Source: Camelus ferus (Eukaryota). Taken from it: a stretch of DNA of 64,000 nt. The notes under the pieces are model-generated. The model saw only the letters and a list, made by a program, of their open reading frames with translations. It did no database searches and was not told the DNA's origin. Below are positions 54,264-64,000 of the stretch, piece by piece; position 1 is the stretch's first letter; each line of letters starts with the position of its first letter. Where the stretch lies: assembly GCF_009834535.1 (NCBI RefSeq), contig NC_045707.1:52826001-52890000 (forward strand), read 5' to 3'. A program made the position numbers and the translations under genes.

Positions 54264-55151
54264 TTAGTGTAGACCTGTCAATATTTCTTTTAGCATGGGT
54301 TTAGTGTTGCTAAACTCTTAGTTTTTGCTTGTCTGTGAAGTTCTTTATCTCTCTTTCTATTCTAAAGGATAGCCTTGCTGGATAGAATATCCTAGGCTGC
54401 ATCTTTTTTTCATTCAGGACTTTGAATATATCTTGCCACTCCCTTCTGGCCTGTAGTGTTTGTGTAGAGAAATCAGCTGAGAGCCTCATGGGGGTTCCCT
54501 TGTAACTCACTCTTTGTTTTTCTCTTGGTGCCTTTGGGATCATTTCTTTATCCTTGACTCTGGCCATCTTGGTTATGATATGTCTTGGTGTGGATCTGTT
54601 TGGGTTCTTCCTGTTTGGGACTCTCTGAGCCTCCTGTACTTGGATATCTGATTCCTTTAGGTCTGGGAAGTTTTCAGTCATGATTTCTTCCAATACCTTT
54701 TCAATCCCCTTTGTTCTTTCTTCCCCTTCTGGGACCCCTATTATGTGTAGATTGGCACACTTTATATTATCCCATAGGTCCCTTATATTGCTTTCATTGT
54801 TTTTTATTTGTTTTTCTTTCAGCTGTTCTGATTGGGTGCTTTCTGCTGTCCTGTCTTCTAGATCACTTATTCGTTCGTCTGCATTATCTAGTCTGCCTTT
54901 AGATCAGATCTCATCTCAGCAAATGAGTTTACTAATTCTACTTGGTTCTTCTTTATAGCTTCTATTTCATTTTTGACATATTTTATATCTCTAAACACTA
55001 TTTCTTTTAGTTCCTTCAGTACTTTGATCACTTCTTTTTTGAAATCTTGATCTAGTAGACCATCAATGTCTGTTTCCTTGATCATGCTCTCAGGGGATTT
55101 CTCTTGATCTTTTAATTGGGAGTGGTTCCTCTGCTTCCTCATATTGCTCAT
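54264..55151 (-). pseudogene. L1 ORF1p, frameshifted
   Basis: MSNMRKQRNHSQLKDQEKSPE... and ...EEIMTENFPDLKESDIQVQEAQRVPN...RLSADFS.QTLQARREWQDIFKVL. Frame breaks near 54895 and 54315. Stop at 54264-54266. Confidence 0.85.
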
Positions 55152-55249
55152 ATCTCTCTGGCACTGTGGCTTAAGGAGTCTCAGTTACCTAGTTCTCCTG
55201 GAGACGGAGTGCTCTTAATGATTTTATTGAGAGGTCTTTGTGTCTTCGC

Positions 55250-56475
55250 CCTGTCTCACGAACTTGGCTTGCTGTTTCCAGAGGCCCTCTGTTGGCGCCC
55301 TCGTCTGTGCTGCTCCCAGTGGCTGTCGGCTAGCAGATCGCGCCCCCTCCCAACACTTGGTCAGGTGCTGAGCTCTTATCCGGTGGGCAGGTGGGTCACT
55401 CCCCCTCCCGATGCCACAGTCAGATGGAGGCAGGTGGGTGGATCGCGCCCCCTCCCAGCACCGCGGTCAGGTGCTGCGTTCCTTCCAGGAAAGCGGGTTG
55501 CCGCCCACCCTCTCCGGGAACCGGTCGCTCCGCTGCTCTGTGCGGCTGCCCTATCCGCCTCGGGTCGGCGCTCCGAAGGCCAGCTCGGGGAAGACCGCGG
55601 AACGGCCCCGCCCCTGCTCCGGGCCAAATCTCAGCTCCTTGTTGGTCTTGGCGGCAGGAGTTCTCTGAGGTGCCAGGGCAGAAAGATCCCATCTGCCTCC
55701 TGCTGTAAACAAGTGTCAGTCCTGCCCAGGAGGTTGCGCAGCCCCGGGTGCGGATTCAGACCGGCCCCGCCCCGCCCCGCCCCCGCCCGGGCGCTCGCAC
55801 AGGAGGACACGCGGCTGTGGCTGCGCCCGCCTCTCTTCTTGCGAGAAGCGCCGGTGATGGCGCCGCGGGTCTGAGGAGACAAAAGCTATGGCGCCCCTAC
55901 CCCCAGGGCACACCAGTCGTGTTGCTTTGCTTTGTTCGCAATTTATGGGGGACCGAGGTGGTTCTGCTCCGTGTCCCCTCCCGGCCATGGTGCGCAGCCC
56001 CCTGCAGCCCCCGGGGCCGCCCCAGCGCAGCCGCCCCGTCCTCCACCCGGCTTGGTCCGCCTGCCCCGGCCCCAGCTGCCGGCTCGCATCTCGGGCTGGG
56101 TGTCATGGGGACCCTTTGTGCCCGTTTAACTCAGTTCTGTCGGTCAAGGGGTGCTCAGGGCAGATGTGAGCCTCGGAGGCTCCCCCTCCATCCTGCTGGC
56201 CTCTCCGTTGGAGAGGGGAGACCCAGCGAACGAGCGCCAGTCCTCCTTTGCCACTCCCTCCCTGCGGGATCGGTCCCGCAGTGTTTTGCTTTTTCTTCTT
56301 TCTTTTTCCCTTTTTTCCTACCAGATTTTTGGCATCTTTCTGTTTCGAAGAGGGCGATGTTCTGTCGGAGTTCGGCGGGTGCCCTGGTTGGTTGAGTGGG
56401 TCCGTAGATGTGAGTTTTGGTGTATTTGTGGGAGAGGGTGAGCTACAAGCGTCCTTCTACTCCGCCATCTTGCTT
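55250..56475 (-). promoter_or_regulatory. L1 internal promoter / CpG island with YY1 site
   Basis: Dense unmutated CpGs and GC boxes. CAAGATGGCGG on the minus strand at 56462-56472. Confidence 0.75.
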
Positions 56476-58894
56476 CCTTCTGCATTTTTTTATATTGACC
56501 CATAACCAAGACCACAAAACATCAACTTGAGCTGTTTCCAACACTGTGCTCCTACAGTGGGCAAGGTGAACATCCTTCTCCGTGAAACTGTTTCCATGAG
56601 GCGTGTTGGAGGCTGGGGGGGTGGGGTGGCTTTGTCTGCAGAACTTCCCACAAACGACTGTGAGGGTCATCCCAGAGGACAGGGTTCTGCCTGGACCCCA
56701 CACTTCAGAGGCCCTCCTCCGGACTAAACCAGTAACAAATAAACCGGCTCAAGAACCCGCGGGCCTGTTGGTCACTTGGGATCCAGTGCTCCATGCTGGC
56801 ATCACTGTTCATAACCCCAGCAGTCCACCCAGGTGACCAGCACTGCTCCAGCCCCAAGGAAACACTGCTCTGCACAGCGAGCCGAGTCTAAGAGGCCACT
56901 GTGCCTGCGCGGAGCAGGCCTGGACATCAGAAAGGACACCAGACCCGCACGGGAGTGCTTGGGACACCAGAGGACAGGGGACTTCAACTTTCCTTCTCAG
57001 ACCTTGTGCGAACCCACTGGCTTGCTTCTCCTCCTGTTCCCAAAAGTACTCACACATTACCGTGGTATTCACAGCAGTCCCACTGGGCAGCTCAGGGACA
57101 TTCTGCAAAATGAAGCAAACAATATAGCTCATTAAAACTGCATTGCACGCCCAGGTCTAAAGGTAGCTCTAGACATGTGTGGAGTAAACACGCTTGTGTG
57201 TGATGGCAGCTGGATGGACACTGAACACTAACCTGTGCTCAGTTTACTTTTGCAAATGCATTATCCTTAAAAATCTTTATAGACTAATAATGCTTAATTC
57301 AATTTTTCAAAAAAAAGATATATAACCTTTCTAAAATTTTATTCAAAATTTTGGAATTGTAATTTATATTTTGCCTTTCAATTTTAATAAGCATTTTGAG
57401 GACATTTGCTTTTTAGAGAAAGCCAGGAGTTTGCCCACAGAATTGACGGTGGTTTTCTAAATGTCTGATGAATAGGCCAAGTTAGAACCACATAAGCATT
57501 CCTTCTGACTGTTCCTGACGGTCATGTGCAGATGAGGAATGAGGAATGGCTGGGGGCACAGCAAGCCCTCAATAAACATCCGCAGACCTGAGTGAGATCA
57601 GTCCCCACAGGACGTCAGTGGACACTGGGTGGAGGCCAAGACTGAGTGCTCTTCAGTGCGCGCTGCTGGAAGCCCTGGCCCCTCGCTGGGGAGCTCTCTA
57701 TCCCAACCTGGAATGCTGGGAATGCTGCTGGCTGGTCAGGGAGGCAGTGTCCCAGTACTTCCAGCATCACTGCCTTCTTTCTTCAATTTCCCAAAACTCT
57801 TGCTCTGGGTTCTGGAGCAGAATACTTTTGTGATAAATTGACCTTAATTAGGCCAGTGTATGGGCTAAGTTAAATTAAAAGAGCATTGAGCTGCCAGCAA
57901 ATCCATTTAGAGATTTAAAAATATTAACCTCTTGCTAAACACGGCAGACTCTGCATATTTAGTCAGAATGATCAATTTCTCTCCAGGAGCTGAAATCAGG
58001 GCAAATTGGAGATGTTTCTTTCTATATGAAATATATGGAAAATAACCTAATATTATGAATAACCTAGTAGTATGAAATATAACCAAATATTATTATAAAA
58101 GGAAAAAATTATGAGGCATTTATGATTCCATCCCCTGCCCCCTCAAAAAGGAAAAAAAAATTATTCTCCAGCTTTGACTTATCACCCAGGCTCCAAGCTA
58201 ACCCCTCCATAAACTTCCTGACAATGACACCACCCTCTCAGCAGGCCCCATTGTTGCTGCACACTTTGGAAATTTTGATTGAAGTGCAGCCTTTTTATAC
58301 ATCTCATTTTTCATGGATAACAAATATGAGAATTCATTTTAGGATCAAAATAGAGCATTTTGATGCTAGACTTGACATCATCCTTGTCTGTAACTGTCAA
58401 AACAAAAGCTGACGGTGACAGATCATCTTGTTAAAAGAGCTACGCTTCAGCGGTCTGGAACCCACAGGCAACGGGGTCACACTGGCTGGCAGTCACGTCC
58501 AGCGTCAGGGCATCATTCAAAACGATACAGACGCCTTAAATACGGCTCTTCTTTATGAAATAAAGTCCACGAGTTCATTAACCATGGACAGGTGTTGGGT
58601 CTCACACAAATACTTTCAGGATGCAATTCATAATTCCCAGTTTTGAAATTAGGAAGTTGAGGCCTGCCTGCCCTGGCTGCTCGGAGTTGCTCTAACAGCG
58701 CAGGACACGGGGAAGCCCCTCCCCACCCTCCGTCCTTCACACGCTCAGACTCAGAAAACGAAGCCCGCCCAGCGGGCCCGCTGCCCCTGTGGAGAACAAA
58801 CCACGGTGCTGGGGATGCGGCTCTCACTGCAGAGCCTCCGGGAATTTTACCTCCAACTCAAGGAAGTGAAATTTAAATTTGGTGAAATGGAAAT

Positions 58895-59080
58895 AACATT
58901 ATTTAGCCGGCACTGTTTGAAGCCTCTCTGTAGCTCCTAAGATTTCATTCTAACAGCGACCCCACTCAGTAGCTGCTCTGATGACCTCAGGCGAGGAGAC
59001 TGAGGCAGAGACCTGTCCGCGGTACCAGGAGAGAACGTCCTGGAACCGAGGGTGGGGGTGCTGCACGCACTCTCAGCTTT
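58895..59080 (-). mobile_element. MIR remnant
   Basis: aataacattatttagccggcactgt...caggcgaggagactgaggcagaga. Confidence 0.5.
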
Positions 59081-60297
59081 TATGGCTTTTCCCCTTTTTC
59101 CAGCATCTGAAATCAGTCACCACGGACCATCACAGTAGCCACACAGTGGACACCTTGCTCTCACAGCTGCCATCTCCACTGCCCACAAGAAAAGCCTCTT
59201 GGGCCCCGCGTCCAGCGGGCAGACGGCCATGGAGCTCGACCAGCTCAGCATCGCGGGGCCGCACCCCGCAGGCCCTGAGTGAGGCAGGCTGTCTCTCCGG
59301 GCACCCTCCAGTCCGTCCTGAAGCATCCTTTCAGGGCTAGAAACTCAAAGTAATCCAGTTAATGCAGACTATTTCCTCTGCCCCTAGCTGAGCCTGCTCA
59401 GAACGTGGGCCAGAGTAGCTATTAGCGGTGATTAAAAGTGAGACGGCCAGGATGAGATTCCCTTGGGAACAGAGAGAGAAGTGCCTTTCCTCCCTGGGCT
59501 CATCAGCACTAATGAAGGCTCGGCAAGGAGCCCCGTCAGGCGTGGACCGAGGACCAGGGGAGAGATGGCTCCAGAACGTTGCTTCTGATTAACTAGCTCA
59601 TCAGGTGCACGTGGGATGGAAAAGTCAAGCAGAGTGTGTCGTCATCTTGCTCTTTTTAAGGAGGGACCAGAAAAGAAACAGAGCAGCATTCTAACTCTTA
59701 CCAATAGCCCTCCTCTCATTCTGAGACAAAGCCAATTCAAGCTACTGTCACATTCGTGGGAGCAACACTAGATTCACTCAATTGTAGGTAGAAACCCATG
59801 CTGAGAACTAGAGAACTCAGGTGAGAACCGTCCCCAAATGGTGCGGCCCCAGCTCATCCTGGGAGCATCCCCGATTCCCCACGGTCACAGGACTGTATGG
59901 AGAAGACAGAGGGGGCAGGGGCATCCGGTCTTCCCACCTACTCGTGTTGGGTCCTGACAGCCTTAACACTGAAATCTGGGCTAGTGTTCCTGGAATAAAC
60001 AATCTAATTCTGGGGAAAGGGTTATTTAACATCTGGCCAGAACTGACCTTTTCACAGTAACACTTGAAAATGGAGCTGAGGTGCCTGAATTTGGGGAGCT
60101 GTGAGCGGCCCCAGCGATGCTGCAGAATGATGTAAAAATGGTGGGAAATGTAGGCTCACCTTCCTTAAGGTGGCTCACACACCTCGACTACGGCAGGTGT
60201 GCGTGTCCCATACAAACAATGTCCCAAAGGTCCAGGGACTTGGTCATGCTGTGCCACCCAGGGAGACTGGAATGCTGTGGACTGTGCTGTGCACTTC

Positions 60298-60635
60298 GTA
60301 ACGAACTTATTTACAAAGCAGAAACAGACTCACAGACATAGAAAACAAACTGGTGGGTACCAGGAGGAAAGGGGGTAAGAAGGGATAAACTGGGAGTTCG
60401 AGACTTGCAGATACACATGACTATATATAAAACAGATAAACAACAAGTTCATACTGTACAGCACAGGGAACTATATTCAATATCTTGTAGTAACTTATGG
60501 TGAAAAAGAATATGAAAACGTATATATGTATGTTCATGTATGACTGAGCATTATGCTGTACACCAGAAACTGACACAACATTGTAAACTGACTATACTTC
60601 AATAAACATATATATATGTGTGTGTGTGTATATGT

Positions 60636-60672
<37 letters not shown>

Positions 60673-60704
60673 CACACATATATATACAAAAAAGAAAAGA
60701 AAAG
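60298..60704 (+). mobile_element. 5'-truncated L1 3' UTR with (TA)n/(TG)n-expanded tail
   Basis: gaacttatttacaaagcagaaacagactcacagacatagaaaacaaac...actgactatacttcaataaa, followed by a microsatellite at 60608-60686. Confidence 0.9.
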
Positions 60705-60759
60705 TGAGGAACTAAGAAGAAGAACTCATTCTGGAAGAAAATGTTACCCAAAGGATGGG

Positions 60760-61865
60760 ATAAAACAAACGTTTTATGCTGTAGAAGAGCTTAAGAATAC
60801 AAGCTCAAGACAACTTGAAGAATTCGAAACCTAGATGGCAAAACAAAAGAATAAGGTGAAAAGAAAAAATCTTGGAGTGAAGAAAGCCAGTTGAAATTAA
60901 AAGACCGTTAGAGATTGAATTGTGCTGCAAAATGCAAGGCCATACATAGACTTGCTGAGAATCGAGTTACTGGAATGCAGGGAAGGCATAAGTAACAACA
61001 GTGAAGGTAGAAGAAACATTGAAAGAATCAGAGGAAAGAGGACAGATACTTGGGGAACCTCAGATTAGCAGAATAATGGCGAAAGCCTGACTCTTCATCT
61101 CCCTGTCACTTACTTCCCCCAAAACAGGACATCAAGGAGGAACACACGTTCGGCGTTTCTAGAAAAGCAAGAAAACGCAGCCACCAGACTACCTGCAACT
61201 GGAGAAGAAAAAAGAGGAAGAGAAGAAAAGGAAACCTAGAGCTCCCGCCAGATCGGCCCTCTGGACGTGAAGCACGGAGAAGAGAAGGCTTAAAAGACTC
61301 CACGTAAAGAAGCAGAAGACACCTCCAGAAGGAGAAACTGCCAGAACAAATGCCCAGTTAAGGAGCCCAGACCAGGACTTCATAGTTTACAGCCTTAGAT
61401 GGAGAAAGGGACCAGAGGGCAGCTTGGAAGAACGATCGCTCTCAGGAAGAATTAAATGTATGCAGAGGAGATGTGCCTTGGAGATGATTCAGTGAAAAAA
61501 GTAGGAAGTGAGGGGGAGGAATGGAGATCTTTCAGAAATGAAAGACATGCCAGCCCTCCCCTTACCCACCACCAACACCTCCATCCCTAAAACAAACTGC
61601 ACAGAAAGGGGACCGTCAGACAAGGAGTCCTAATCACGAGACCAGTAGGAATAAAGAACAGAAAATCACCCTCACGTAATGTGACAGCAACCTGCGGGAA
61701 ATAAATAAATACATCAATAAATAACCTTTTCTGCTGATGAAACATTGACCAAAACCCTAAACAGAAGATTGAAGAAAATTGCAGTACAAAAACTCCGAAC
61801 TGCATTTAATACCCTCAGTCAAGAATCTGGGGATGCAGTAAAGCAACATAAAAGCAAAGAAACTT
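60760..61865 (+). mobile_element. Ancient L1/HAL1-type ORF1 and 5' fragments
   Basis: A-rich coiled-coil-like decayed sequence (gacttgctgagaatcgagttactgga) and an L1-type start aataatggcg at ~61073. Confidence 0.4.
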
Positions 61866-64000
61866 TATCACAAGACACTTGTTAAACTCACCTGTGGAAA
61901 GCAGCCTCTAGTGAACCTGTACCCTAACGTGTGCACGCTGGGCAACCATGTTGATCTGTGGTCATGCTTATGCCTCAGACAACAGTGCGGCTGTATCTTC
62001 CCATAGCAGACATCCGGGAACACAGAGGGAAATTCATTTCCATCCGTGTTGCCCTGAAGATCACCAAAGGAGACTGATAATGTGTAACCTTGGACGTTAA
62101 ATTATTAATGGTTGTCGTGGGCTAAAATAAAGCACGAAATCAGGATGAAAGCCCAGAGTGAAGTTGCGTTTACAGGAAGTATTACCAAATTAAGACAAAA
62201 GAAATACAGCATCAATAATTCAACAGCCTGGTAGATTGCATATGCGACCCAACCAGCAAGAAAAATCACACCCGGCTTCTGGCTTTCAGGGTTTTAGGAA
62301 AATGATTTTTTTTTATTGGAAAGGACAGCAGGGCTATATCTCTGTTAATCTTTTTCCTCCTGCTCTGGAATTAAAGGGAATGAGAAGAGAGAAGCAGTGA
62401 ATTTAAGAGACACAGAGAAGGCCATTTTATGTCTCACGAGGGCACCAGCTTTGTTAAAAGTCAGATAGAAAGGTAAAAAATGTACAGAAAATTCTGACTT
62501 TCCACCCTCAAAATAAAATCATCATTTTATTAGAAATAACAATTATTTTTAGATGTTTAAGGAAGAGTGAGTGCTGAAAGGAGAATGTGAGCGGCGGTCA
62601 GCAAGGACCCCTTTAGTATAAAACATCAAATACAAATATTGAAAGACTTCTTCAAATTCCCTCCTAGACCTCCAAGGCCAGTAAACACGCACGCTTTCCC
62701 GCCCACTCAGGCTGCACTGGGGCCAGGGACCGCGCTGGGCAGCAGCAAAGCCCATCGGGCAGCTGTGGTCTCCTGCCCTCCACGGTCCCCGACCCCGGGC
62801 ACCCCCAGCACCGCACAGTCACTCTGGGCGCCCTTCTGCGGGCAGGACCATGGACAGCGAGCTGTGAGGGCCTCAGTGACGACCGTTTTCCCCGCCTCTT
62901 CAGCTGGTGTAGGCTGTGTGGGGACCTGCACGTCAGTTTTGCAGCAACACGCACACACCTGGGCACCGGGTCCAAACTGACAGCCCCGGGAAGTCTCACT
63001 GCGATCAAAGCCCGCCTCTCCGGGAAAACTCAGAAATGCTCTTCCCGGGCATCCATCCCCTCTCTACAGCCCTTACTAAAGACACTTCCCCAGAAGGAAC
63101 GGGTAGTGTAGCCTGCAGTAAAGGTCACCTTTCCTCCACATGCACTCAAGACAAAAGCTGTTTAAGACACTTCCAGTGTAGGTTAACTCAGGTCCAGCTG
63201 GAGGCTCTTTTTTTTTTGGCACTGATTTTAATGCTGATTCTCCAGGTCAGCCTTCAGATGTTCAAAGGTAATGATTTCAAAAAGAATAACAACAAAATTA
63301 ATAGCAGCTCAACTTCATTTCTCCCTTCTAGCCGGCATGCGGGGACTGTTCTCTGGCCACTGAAAATCAATACTTTCAGGAATGATGCTGACCCACTGCT
63401 AGTGAACAGCCTTCCCAGCAGGACAAAGAATGCTCTGAAAATTCAACTTACAAACATGTCTCAGGCTTTAGAAATGCAGTCAGTGTCAGAATCCCCACTG
63501 CACCACGACCTGCTGCTTCAGTAAGGAAAACAGGTTTACATTCCAAGGGTCTCAGTAACCTGGACAGGACCCACGAGCTGGGCGCCAACTTACACTGACG
63601 GATGGTCTTCTGTCACCCTGCCTCATGGGCTGTGACTGTTTGAAACTTCAAAATGGAGGAAGTGAAACGTGGCGGGCGCTCCCGGAGGATGAGGATGAGG
63701 CAGGGCGGGGGAGCCGACACTGTCAGAACAAGAACATGTTCTTCCCAGACTCATCCGTCAGGCTCGCAGACCTTCCGACCCGTGTGCTCCCCACGTGCAC
63801 AAAAGTGTCCACGATGCACGGAGACAAAACCATGGATGGCGTTTCTTCTGTGTCTAAAATATGCAGCTTTAAACAAATGACCATCCATGTAATCCTTTTA
63901 ACTCGAACTACATTTCAACGTGTGCATTCTAAACACTTAGAATTGTATTCTAAAGTTAAGGGGCTCAAGTGCTGTTCAGAGATTTTAAGCCAGAGAATTG

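Larger units (their letters stand above)
53449..56480 (-). mobile_element. Young L1-derived element with complete 5' UTR, ORF1, truncated spacer, ORF2 tail and 3' UTR (ORF2-deleted, HAL1-like)
   Basis: 5' end GAAGGAAGCAAGATGGCGGAGTAG (YY1 site), CpG-rich 5' UTR, recognisable ORF1, ORF2 C-terminus (MFIAALFTIAKTWKQPKCPS), TSD TGCATTTTT at 53440-53448 and 56481-56489. Confidence 0.92.

Noticed and set aside
55116..56395. 252-aa and 215-aa + strand ORFs (possible ORF0-like)
   Set aside because: Non-ATG starts and low-complexity products expected from the GC-rich L1 5' UTR. No homology recognised.
59112..59135. RE1-like TCAGTCACCACGGACCA
   Set aside because: Requires an insertion in the left half and has a broken GGACAG.
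62916..63524. 202-aa ORF
   Set aside because: GTG start, no codon bias and no recognisable family.
8100..64000. Exons of a neighbouring gene (e.g. a SULT1C) or a processed pseudogene
   Set aside because: No ORF in the track resembles a sulfotransferase or other cellular protein. Short or non-coding exons cannot be excluded by eye.

Overview
Mammalian genomic DNA, most likely a camelid or another cetartiodactyl. This is inferred from the L1 3'-end sequences and the absence of recognisable Alu, B1, Bov-A or PRE SINEs. The first ~7.7 kb contains the last three coding exons (435-588, 2570-2787, 3716-4342, + strand) and long 3' UTR of SLC5A7, the high-affinity choline transporter CHT1. The remaining ~56 kb is intergenic, with no supportable protein-coding gene. 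It holds L1 fragments of several ages, MIR/L2, MaLR and ERV LTRs, microsatellites, and unique stretches rich in homeodomain/POU motifs that may be distal enhancers. Most notable: (1) a ~3 kb TSD-flanked 'half-L1' with a complete 5' end and almost all of ORF2 removed at an AG|CCACTG junction; (2) a CHT1 apparently one residue shorter at the C-terminus, with a diverged, charge-shifted glycosylated loop and GC-shifted codons; (3) a MER41-like LTR with decayed GAS sites; (4) an RE1-like site, paired octamers, a 3' UTR palindrome and a nuclear-receptor-site minisatellite. Repeat family names and human-protein comparisons are from memory and need database confirmation. I found no convincing wholly new multi-gene system.
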